Below the pieces are notes generated by a model, which saw only the letters and a list, made by a program, of their open reading frames with translations, was not told the DNA's origin and did not search any database. A stretch of DNA of 64,000 nt, taken from the NCBI GenBank assembly GCA_012729395.1, contig JAAYDF010000143.1, positions 7,971-71,970 of the forward strand. Reading direction: 5' to 3'. The first letter of the stretch is position 1, and every line of letters begins with the position of its first letter. Made by a program: the position numbers and the translations under genes. This document shows positions 27,127 to 34,920 of this stretch, in pieces. Source of the DNA: Phycisphaerae bacterium. GTDB lineage: Bacteria; Planctomycetota; Phycisphaerae; UBA1845; PWPN01.

Positions 27127-28623
27127 TCATGGTGTAGACTCCAGCCAGTAGAGGATTCGCGGCACACTGCTGCCACGATCCACGACGCATTCAATGGTGG
27201 CGGACGCCAGGTCGCTTTCGGCCCGGCCTTGGCTGCGGATGCGAAACACATTCGAGCGCACGGTCACGCAGCTTTCGAGTTTGGCGAACTTCTCCTTGGT
27301 CATGCCGGTCACATCCAGCAAATCGCCGATCGTAGTGTACCCGTTCCCGCTGCCCCGGTGCCGCACGATCGCGCTCGCCAACTCGTCGTCGACCTCGGGC
27401 AGCGTAGCCAGTACCTCCTGCGGGGCGGTGTTCAGGTTGATTCGCCCGGGCAGCATCTCCTCGTTCTGGAGCGTGATGCCGTCCACGATCCGCCGGAAGA
27501 TGGATTGGGTGACCGGTTGGTCTTTCTCGCTACCGCTGCGCTCGTTGATGTCGTCCTCGTTGCTGGTGCGTTCGCCGCTGGTGTCGCGCTGCACATCGAG
27601 CAAGTCGATGAGGTGCTCGAACTTGCGGTTCTCGCGGGCCTTGACGATCGACTGGGCGGCCCAGTCCTCAAGGCTCAGTTGGCTGGCCATCTCGCCCGCC
27701 TGGGCCGTGCCGATGTTCAGCCGTTTGCCCCCGGTGCCGGAGACGTTGCGTTCATAAGAGTAGACGGTGACCCAGGCGAACCAGCCGTGGTCGAGCCGGC
27801 CGTCAGCGTTGTCAGTCGGCGGGCTGGCGGCTCCGTCGTTTTCGTTGGGGTCCAGTAGGCCGTTGGCGTTGGTGTCCTCGCCGTAGAGCAACTCCGGCGT
27901 CACCCCGCGAACGCAGAGCAGCTCGCGCACCGTCCGCAGCGGGCCGTTGCGGATCACGTACGGGTGCGGCAGGGCCGAGTAGTGACTGCCTTCTGTGCCC
28001 TCGGGCTCCGGATCGTCGTTACCGTCGCGCCAGTCGATGATCGCGGCGGCGATGGACTCGGTCATCTTCGGCAGCTCGAGCAGTTGCTCGCGGGTGGCGA
28101 CGGTGAGGTTGAGTTTGCCGCTCTCGTCCTGGGCTCCGTACCAGGCGACCGGCTGGGGATCGTGGCTGCCGTGCATGACGCTGAACGTGCCGCCGGTCAG
28201 CGGGATTTCCTGGAAGTACTGCGGATCGTCGCACCACAAGTCATCCAGTACGCAGGTCGGCAAGTCGTGGTCCATGACCGCGGCCACCGCCCGTTCGGTA
28301 CCGGCCCGAGCGAGTACGTGGGCGGTCAGCCGGTCCTTCTGCAATGTGGTGATGGCCAGATCCTGCCGCAAAGCGAAAGTCAATCCACCCGCCAGCAGCG
28401 AAAGGATGGCCACCGCCCACAGCACCAGCAGCAACGCCGCCCCCCGGCGAGCACCGCTCGGGGAGCGGCGCCCGGGAACCGGGGATCGCAGATCGCAAGT
28501 CAACGCACCCCCGCGCCGGTGACGTTCGCGCCAGGAGCCCCCGAGCCGGGGACGCAAGTCCCCGGGTACCCCCCGTCCCCATCGCTCGCTTGCTCTTAGA
28601 ACGCGCTCCCATCGCTCGCTCAT
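27127..28623 (-). CDS. gspK: Minor pseudopilin GspK (enlarged, about 498 aa)
   Basis: AALLLVLWAVAILSLLAGG N-terminus and INLNTAPQEVLATLP...IGDLLDVTGM HhH region, with a DTNANGLLDPNENDG Ca-binding-like insert. The ATG at 28623 forms an ATGA with the gspJ stop. Confidence 0.8.
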   Translation of the reverse strand: MSERWERVLRASERWGRGVPGDLRPRLGGSWRERHRRGGALTCDLRSPVPGRRSPSGARRGAALLLVLWAVAILSLLAGGLTFALRQDLAITTLQKDRLTAHVLARAGTERAVAAVMDHDLPTCVLDDLWCDDPQYFQEIPLTGGTFSVMHGSHDPQPVAWYGAQDESGKLNLTVATREQLLELPKMTESIAAAIIDWRDGNDDPEPEGTEGSHYSALPHPYVIRNGPLRTVRELLCVRGVTPELLYGEDTNANGLLDPNENDGAASPPTDNADGRLDHGWFAWVTVYSYERNVSGTGGKRLNIGTAQAGEMASQLSLEDWAAQSIVKARENRKFEHLIDLLDVQRDTSGERTSNEDDINERSGSEKDQPVTQSIFRRIVDGITLQNEEMLPGRINLNTAPQEVLATLPEVDDELASAIVRHRGSGNGYTTIGDLLDVTGMTKEKFAKLESCVTVRSNVFRIRSQGRAESDLASATIECVVDRGSSVPRILYWLESTP

Positions 28624-29474
28624 GCCGGCGGCCCTCCTGGAGGGGCCTGCCCTTCCTGCTGCTCCTGCTGGCCGGCCGGTTGCGTGACGCGGATGGGCAC
28701 CACCGATGAAAGCATGGTGACCTGTGGCCGGCCGGCCGGCGTTCCCGCGTCTATCGCCGCGGCATAGACGGTCACCCGCACGGCCTGCGGTGGGGTCGGG
28801 GAAAGCGGATCCCATTCTGTCAGCCACTCGTCGCCCGACAGATACTCGAACGCCAGCCCCAGGATGTTCTCCGCCACCACGGTGACCAGCCCCCCGTCCG
28901 TCGGCTGCTCATCGAGAGCGTGGTCCTTCCGGCAAGCGAGCACCGGCAGACGTCCGGGCATTTCCATCAACTGGAAGCTCATCTCGTACTGGTCGGATTC
29001 GGCCCCTTCCGGCCGGGCTGGCTGGTCGCTGATGATCAGCAGGTCGATGCGGTCGTTGGGCCCGCCGAGCGGATTGCTCGCCTGTCGTTGTCCGACAATC
29101 ACCGGCTGCCGCTCGATCGGATCTCGTCGTACGTTACGCAGGGCCGCGACGATCGTTTCCAGCGCTCGCCGTCCCTCCGTCACGCGGGCCACCCGAAGAT
29201 CGACCTTCGCCCGCGCCTGGCCGAGGGCTCGCGTCGTGCTGACCACCGCGGTGATCAGCAGAGCCGTGATGGTCAGCGACACGAGCATCTCGACCATGGT
29301 CAGCCCGCGCCGCCCTCGTACGTGAGAGGACCGCTGATTTCGGCCGAGGGCTCGCTCAAGCTCTAACCCGCGCGGTAGTTGCTCGCGGTGCACATGTCGA
29401 CCACCGCCAGGGACCGCGCGGGTTGGAAGCCCGCGGCTCGTTGGCTCTGCGATGGTGATCACCCTTTGCTGCAT
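28620..29474 (-). CDS. gspJ: Minor pseudopilin GspJ-like
   Basis: Prepilin-type motif RGLTMVEMLVSLTITALLITAVV. The long leader makes the start uncertain. Confidence 0.7.
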   Translation of the reverse strand: MQQRVITIAEPTSRGLPTRAVPGGGRHVHREQLPRGLELERALGRNQRSSHVRGRRGLTMVEMLVSLTITALLITAVVSTTRALGQARAKVDLRVARVTEGRRALETIVAALRNVRRDPIERQPVIVGQRQASNPLGGPNDRIDLLIISDQPARPEGAESDQYEMSFQLMEMPGRLPVLACRKDHALDEQPTDGGLVTVVAENILGLAFEYLSGDEWLTEWDPLSPTPPQAVRVTVYAAAIDAGTPAGRPQVTMLSSVVPIRVTQPAGQQEQQEGQAPPGGPPA

Positions 29475-29477
29475 AGC

Positions 29478-29954
29478 TCAGCGTCCCGTCGACGGCCTAT
29501 TCGCGTCGATCGCGCCTTCTCGCTGCTGCTCGTCGAACAGCTCGGCCACCGCGGCCTCGTAGTCATTCAGCAAGGTCTCGAAGGCCACGCTGCCACTTCC
29601 ACCTGACCCGTGCCAGTCGACCATCACCGTCACGCGGAACAACTCGCCTTCCGTTTGTTCCACGATCTGCGCTGTCCACTTGTAGGCCGCGTCGCCGAGT
29701 GTCTCGTTGCCCGTCGTCGGGCGGGTCAGCGAGTACGTGTGCGGCCCGACGGCTTCAATCTCGCCCAGCTTGCCCGTCGCCAGAAAGCACGCGGTAATCC
29801 GCAGCTCCGCCTGCTGCTGGTTGCGCATCCCCAGGGTCGCGGCAAACATCAGCCCGGCCACTCCAACGCCCAGGATGACCGACGCCACCAGCACTTCGAC
29901 CAGCGTCATGCCGCGCCGCGGGCACCGCTCAGACCAACGAGCCGCCTTTCTCAC
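29478..29954 (-). CDS. gspI: Minor pseudopilin GspI-like
   Basis: RRGMTLVEVLVASVILGVGVAGL prepilin motif, 158 aa, GTG start. Confidence 0.7.
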   Translation of the reverse strand: MRKAARWSERCPRRGMTLVEVLVASVILGVGVAGLMFAATLGMRNQQQAELRITACFLATGKLGEIEAVGPHTYSLTRPTTGNETLGDAAYKWTAQIVEQTEGELFRVTVMVDWHGSGGSGSVAFETLLNDYEAAVAELFDEQQREGAIDANRPSTGR

Positions 29955-29994
29955 TTCTCACTTCTCATTTCACCGCGTCCGACATCGCCGGGCT

Positions 29995-30567
29995 TCAATC
30001 ACCCAGGTCATACTGCACCATGGTCGCGGGATTGTCCGCCGCGTGGCCCCACTGCACCTGGCCGTTCTGCGGATGGACCACGACGACGTACTCGTCGTCG
30101 CCAGCCGCCAGACGGAGCGTCGCCCCGCTGCTGGTGCCGTCAGGGAAAAAGCGAAGACGCTCATGCTGCCCGCCGGCGGGCGCCCCGGCGGCGTTGCGGT
30201 ACTCGCTGACCCGGATGCTGGCGGGCCAACGCTCGCTCTTGAGCCAACTCGCCTGCACCGTCCTGCCCTGCCCGTCGTCCGATTGCCCGGACTCAGCCAC
30301 GATGCCGTATGCCCCCGCCGACACGTCGATTTCCAGGGCACAGGTCTGCGCGGTCGAGATCGCAAACTCCCGCACCGTCCGCGCGGTGTGGGCGAACCGG
30401 GCCGCCGCTTCGTGCAACTCTCGTCGCTCCAGCGACCGCCCCATCCGCGGCACAATCAACCCTGCCGCCACCGCCAGCATCCCCAGCACCACCAGGATCT
30501 CCAGCAGGGTGAAGCCGCGACGTCCGCGGGTCGACCAGCCGCCGCTACCAGTTACCGATGTCGGCAT
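29995..30567 (-). CDS. gspH: Minor pseudopilin GspH-like
   Basis: RRGFTLLEILVVLGMLAVAAGLIVP prepilin motif. The ATG at 30567 overlaps the gspG 3' end by 23 nt. Confidence 0.7.
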   Translation of the reverse strand: MPTSVTGSGGWSTRGRRGFTLLEILVVLGMLAVAAGLIVPRMGRSLERRELHEAAARFAHTARTVREFAISTAQTCALEIDVSAGAYGIVAESGQSDDGQGRTVQASWLKSERWPASIRVSEYRNAAGAPAGGQHERLRFFPDGTSSGATLRLAAGDDEYVVVVHPQNGQVQWGHAADNPATMVQYDLGD

Positions 30568-30985
30568 TCTCTTCCTCGCCGCCGTCCTGGCGGTCGGCAC
30601 CCAGCGTGAACAGATCGAAGTCCACGTTACGCTGCCCCGGATACCGGTAGATAAACTCTACCTCCCAGGGGTCTATGATGTCCTTCTCTTTGACGTACGG
30701 CCCCCGCCACTTATCGCCGACATCCGACGGCTGGCGCACCAGGGCGGTGAGACCTTCCTGGCTGTTCGGGAACCGCCCGCAGTCCGCCTGAAACTCGAGC
30801 ACCTTGGCCTCCAGCACCGCGATCTTCTGCTTGGCCACCGCCTGCCGCGCTCCACCAATCCGACCTACGAACCGCGGAACGATCAGCGCCGCCAGCACCC
30901 CGATGATCGTCGCCACCACGATGAACTCGATCAGAGTAAACGCCTGCCGCCTCGCTTGGCGGCGAACCACTCGCTGCGCGGTCAT
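30545..30985 (-). CDS. gspG: Major pseudopilin GspG
   Basis: RQAFTLIEFIVVATIIGVLAALIVP...PWRGPYV...DPWE.EF.Y..PG....DFDLF.LGADRQDGG, a textbook GspG. Confidence 0.9.
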   Translation of the reverse strand: MTAQRVVRRQARRQAFTLIEFIVVATIIGVLAALIVPRFVGRIGGARQAVAKQKIAVLEAKVLEFQADCGRFPNSQEGLTALVRQPSDVGDKWRGPYVKEKDIIDPWEVEFIYRYPGQRNVDFDLFTLGADRQDGGEEENADIGNW

Positions 30986-31013
30986 GATTCGCTCCCTCGG
31001 CCGTCGGCCGACT

Positions 31014-32249
31014 TCAGCTTCCCAGTGTGCCCAACCCGGTCGTCTGGAACTCCACGATCGCCAGGACCAGCCCAGCCACGATGAACCCGATCACGCACGC
31101 CAGCCCGACGATCATCAGCACCGGCAAGACGCTGACGAATCGGTCTAAGGCCACACGCGTCTCCGACTCGTGCACCGTCGCCGCCCGCATGAGCATCTCG
31201 TCGAGCCGGCCGGTGTTCTCGCCTACCCGCACCATCTGCACCAGCAGCGGCGGAAACAGCCCGCAACGCTGTAACGGCCGGGTGATCGACTCGCCCGACT
31301 GAATGGCCTCACGCAACTGCCCGACCGCCTGCCGCATCACGCTGTTCTGGATAGTCTCGACCACGACCGCCAGGGCCTCGGTGATGGTCACCCCGCCGTG
31401 GGCCAGGATGCTCAGACTGCGAGCGAACCGGGCGGCCTCCAACTGGCGAATCAGCCGGCCGAGGATCGGCACCCGCAGCTTGAACGCGTCCCAGTGCGCC
31501 CGGCCACTGCCCCGCAGTACGACCTGCCGCCAGACCAGCACCACGCCCGCTGCCCCGCTCAGCAGCAGCCACCAGTACGCGGAGAACAGATCGCTGAGCC
31601 CCAGCAGCACCCGCGTCGGCCAGGGCAGCAGCGATGGGTCCGCCCCGATCGACTCGATGATCCGCGGCACAATGACGCTGACGATGATGACCACCGACAC
31701 CACACCCAGCAGCAGCACAATGCTCGGGTACACCGATGCCGTCTTGACCCGTTCCTTCAGCTCGTTCTGGCGCTCGAGCATGTCCGCCAGTTGGGACAGC
31801 ACCTGGTCGAGCACGCCACCCGTCTCACCGACCTTCACCAGCCGCACGTACATCGGCGTGAAGGTCTGCGGATGCTCGGCCAGAGCCTCCGACAAGCTGA
31901 CGCCCTCCTGAACGCGGGCCCGCAGCCGCTTGAGCAGCTCGCGCGAGGGCAGGTGGTCTAGCTCCTGGCCCATCACCTCCAGCGCGGAGGTGAGTGGCAG
32001 TCCGGCCTCCAGCGAGATCGCCAGTTGCCGCGTCAGGAGCGCCAGCCGCTTCGGGCGGACGCGCAATTTGCGCTCGCCACTCGTGGCCGCGAGGATGGAG
32101 ATGGCCCCCTCGCTCGCCGTCCGGATCTCGGTGACGCACACGCCCCGGGCCACCAGTTCACGCACCGCCGCCGGGCGATCGGAGGCCTCAAGCTGCCCGG
32201 CCAACTCCTGCCCGGTCATGTCCAACGCTCGGTACGCAAACGTCGTCAT
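31014..32249 (-). CDS. gspF: T2SS inner-membrane platform protein GspF
   Basis: 411 aa with duplicated GspF domains (LSEALAEHPQTFTPMYVRLVKVGETGG; ITRPLQRCGLFPPLLVQMVRVGENTGRLD) and three TM segments. Confidence 0.9.
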   Translation of the reverse strand: MTTFAYRALDMTGQELAGQLEASDRPAAVRELVARGVCVTEIRTASEGAISILAATSGERKLRVRPKRLALLTRQLAISLEAGLPLTSALEVMGQELDHLPSRELLKRLRARVQEGVSLSEALAEHPQTFTPMYVRLVKVGETGGVLDQVLSQLADMLERQNELKERVKTASVYPSIVLLLGVVSVVIIVSVIVPRIIESIGADPSLLPWPTRVLLGLSDLFSAYWWLLLSGAAGVVLVWRQVVLRGSGRAHWDAFKLRVPILGRLIRQLEAARFARSLSILAHGGVTITEALAVVVETIQNSVMRQAVGQLREAIQSGESITRPLQRCGLFPPLLVQMVRVGENTGRLDEMLMRAATVHESETRVALDRFVSVLPVLMIVGLACVIGFIVAGLVLAIVEFQTTGLGTLGS

Positions 32250-32292
32250 CGGACCTCAATTCGCATCGGTGTGGTGTAGCACCATCGTCCCG

Positions 32293-32540
32293 CATCCCGC
32301 TCGTTGAGCCGAGTTCATCCCGCTCGTTGAGCCGCGTATCGTCTAGCCGCGTTCCGTTTAGCCGGGTCGCTTGCGACCCGAAGCGCCACCGCACATGGTG
32401 TCGCAAGCGACACCGCTAAACGACCGCGCCGCCCAACTGTCGCAAGCGACACCGCTAAACGACCGCGCCGCTCAACTGTCGCACGCAACATCGCGAAACC
32501 CACGGCAACACCGCGAAACCCACGGCAACACCGCAGAACC
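32293..32540. repeat. Cluster of three different short tandem duplications plus palindromes in the gspE-gspF spacer
   Basis: catcccgctcgttgagccg x2 (period 23). Palindrome gggtcgcttgcgaccc. tgtcgcaagcgacaccgctaaacgaccgcgccgcYcaac x2 plus a partial third copy (39-nt unit, 32399-32476). cgcgaaacccacggcaacac x2 plus a partial third copy (20-nt unit, 32492-32531). Confidence 0.85.
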
Positions 32541-32554
32541 AAGGGTTACAGCTA

Positions 32555-34270
32555 CTACTCGCCGTGCCCGTTTTCTGGGGCGTCCTCCGTCACCCGCCAG
32601 ACCTCCTCCAGGCTGGTGACCCCTGCGAGCACTTTCCGGTACCCATCCTGCCGCAGGTTCACGAACCCGTGGTTGACCGTGCGACGAATCTGGCTGCTGG
32701 GCGGGCGGTTCATCAGCAGGTCGCGCAGGTTGTCGGACACGCGAATCAGCTCGAAGATTCCCAGCCGTCCGCGGTAGCCGGTCTCGTGGCATTCCTGGCA
32801 GCCGCGGCCACGGTGCAGCGTCGTACCGGCGAACAGGGCCGCGTGCTCGCCCAACTGTTCGAGCACCTGGGCCGACGGCTCGTAGGTTTCCGTGCAGCGC
32901 CGGCACAACTGCCGTACCAGTCGCTGGGCGAGAACCCCTTCGACCGTCGTGGCCATCAGATAGGGCTCGATGCCCATGTCCAGCAGTCGGGTGAACGCGC
33001 TGGCCGAGTCGTTGGTATGCAGCGACGAGAGCACCAAGTGCCCGGTCAGGGCACTACGGATGGCGATGTCCGCCGTCTCGCCGTCGCGGATTTCGCCCAC
33101 CATGATGATGTCCGGATCCTGCCGCAGGATGGACCGCAGCCCCGTCGCGAAGCTCAGTCCGCGACGAGGATTCACCTGCATCTGGTTGATGCCCTGCAGG
33201 TGGAACTCGACCGGGTCCTCGATGGTGATGAACTTCTTGCCGGGCGTGTAGATCTGGTGCAGCGCGGCATACAAGGTCGTGGTCTTGCCGCTGCCCGTCG
33301 GCCCGGTGACCAGCAGAATGCCGTGCGGCCGACGGATCACCGCCTCGAACTCCCCTTGCAGCCGCTCGTCCATGCCCAGATCGGCCAAACGCCGCAGCGT
33401 GTTGCTCTTGTCCAGCAGCCGCAACACCACGCTTTCCCCGAACGCGGTCGGGACGGTCGAGACGCGGATGTCCACCCGGGCGTTGGGCGCGGTGAACTCG
33501 ATGTGCCCATCCTGCGGGACGAAGCGCTCCGCGATATTGAGCTGGGCCATGATTTTCACACGACTGATGATGGCCGGCTGTAGGTGCTTCGGCGGCGGAG
33601 CACATTCGTGTAACACACCGTCAATGCGATACTTCACCCGCAGCTCACGCTCGAACGGCTCGATATGGATGTCGCTCGCCCGATCCTGTACGGCTTCAAG
33701 GATGATCAGGTTGACAAGGTTGATCAGCGAAGGCTCACGGACCAGTTCGTGAAGCTGGCCGACGGCATCATCGCCCTCGGGCAGATCCGCCTGGGTCACC
33801 TGTCCGCCCAGCGAATTGGCCATCCGGGCCGCCGACGTGCCGTAGTGCTGTCGGAACGCGTCAGCCAAGTCGGCCGGCCGGGCATAGCATCGGCTGATCT
33901 CCAGCCCGCAGATGGCGCTCAGATCCTCCACCGCCCGCAAATCGAGCGGGTCGGCCATGGCCAGCTCGAGCCGGTTGTCGCGTATCGCCAAGGGCAGCAC
34001 GCGGTACCGCTGGGCTATCTCGGCCGGCAGACACTGCAGGGCCTCCATGCTGACGGGGTAGTCCTTGAGGTTGACCTGCCGGATGCCGTACTGGATCGCC
34101 AGGGCGTGGGCGACGTCTTCCTCGCGGACCAAGCCGAGTTGGCACAGGCGTTCACCAAAACGGAGATGAGCCCCGTCGCCCGCGGTGGCGGCTTTGTCCA
34201 ATCGGTCCGGGGTGATGTAACCGAGTTCAACGAGGATGTCACCGACTCGCTGATTCATGAAGCTCACCAT
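32555..34270 (-). CDS. gspE: T2SS ATPase GspE (with N-terminal MshEN-like domain)
   Basis: Walker A GPTGSGKTTT, Asp/His boxes (DPDIIMVGEIRD, TGHLVLSSLHTN) and tetracysteine CRRC...CQEC. Two ATG starts are possible, at 34270 or 34258. Confidence 0.9.
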   Translation of the reverse strand: MVSFMNQRVGDILVELGYITPDRLDKAATAGDGAHLRFGERLCQLGLVREEDVAHALAIQYGIRQVNLKDYPVSMEALQCLPAEIAQRYRVLPLAIRDNRLELAMADPLDLRAVEDLSAICGLEISRCYARPADLADAFRQHYGTSAARMANSLGGQVTQADLPEGDDAVGQLHELVREPSLINLVNLIILEAVQDRASDIHIEPFERELRVKYRIDGVLHECAPPPKHLQPAIISRVKIMAQLNIAERFVPQDGHIEFTAPNARVDIRVSTVPTAFGESVVLRLLDKSNTLRRLADLGMDERLQGEFEAVIRRPHGILLVTGPTGSGKTTTLYAALHQIYTPGKKFITIEDPVEFHLQGINQMQVNPRRGLSFATGLRSILRQDPDIIMVGEIRDGETADIAIRSALTGHLVLSSLHTNDSASAFTRLLDMGIEPYLMATTVEGVLAQRLVRQLCRRCTETYEPSAQVLEQLGEHAALFAGTTLHRGRGCQECHETGYRGRLGIFELIRVSDNLRDLLMNRPPSSQIRRTVNHGFVNLRQDGYRKVLAGVTSLEEVWRVTEDAPENGHGE

Positions 34271-34920
34271 CAGGTGTAAGTCTTCGCCAGCAGTCACTAG
34301 CTTAATTGAGCAGCCAGTTGCAGGGAAGGGCCCTCGCCCCTGTATTACCCGACCGCGCGGCATCAATGTCTATACGCTATTGCCGCCGTTGTGCTCTTTC
34401 TTACGTCATGACCGCCTCGCCCGGGCTTTGAATTCAATGCAGCCCGTTACCTGGGGCAGGGTTGCGCTTCCACAGGCGGTGTCGCGTCGTCCACGCGGTG
34501 GGCAGACCCCCATCCTGGGGCGGGATGGCCCTTCCTCTTCTATGGACGCGCCTCGCGGCCGATTGTTTCAACTTTTTCTGAGGATCGTCGTTCGGCGAAC
34601 CGCCTGTCGCCGTCCAGGTCGATTCAGGTGGCACTTCACGACGGACGGGCTACCGTTGTGTTTTCCGGCTCAAGAACTTCCGTCGTTGTCTTGTACCACC
34701 GTCGCCGACCCCCAGATGCACGTTTGAAAACGGCCTTTCGTGCCCGGCAAACCTGGCCCGCAGCAGATCCTGCTTGCCCACGCACGCGGGTGGCGCTACA
34801 GTGTAGATGCTCATCGTCAACTACGGAAGCGCCTCGTGAGGGGCGAATGAGGGGCCGGAGCCAATCACGTCATCCGGATGGTTGTGGACCGCGGGTCCAC
34901 CAGTGAAAGGAGTGTCTTCG

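Noticed and set aside
20452-27858. Plus-strand ORFs across the T2SS operon (for example 20452..21519, 22087..23391, 25527..26636, 26503..27858, 30020..31084, 32564..33583)
   Set aside because: All are antisense to well-supported gsp/pil-like genes and have no motifs and biased composition. The same reasoning applies to 35158..36657(-), 38133..39065(-), 47540..49213(-), 49063..50412(-), 50969..52222(-), 52852..54126(+), 54337..55383(-), 56560..57255(-), 57307..58227(-) and 61173..61907(-).
32293-32540. Possible CRISPR array
   Set aside because: The repeat units are directly adjacent with no unique spacers. There are only 2-3 copies of each of three different units, unit sizes are 19-39 nt without regular spacing, no cas genes are present, and the array lies inside an operon.
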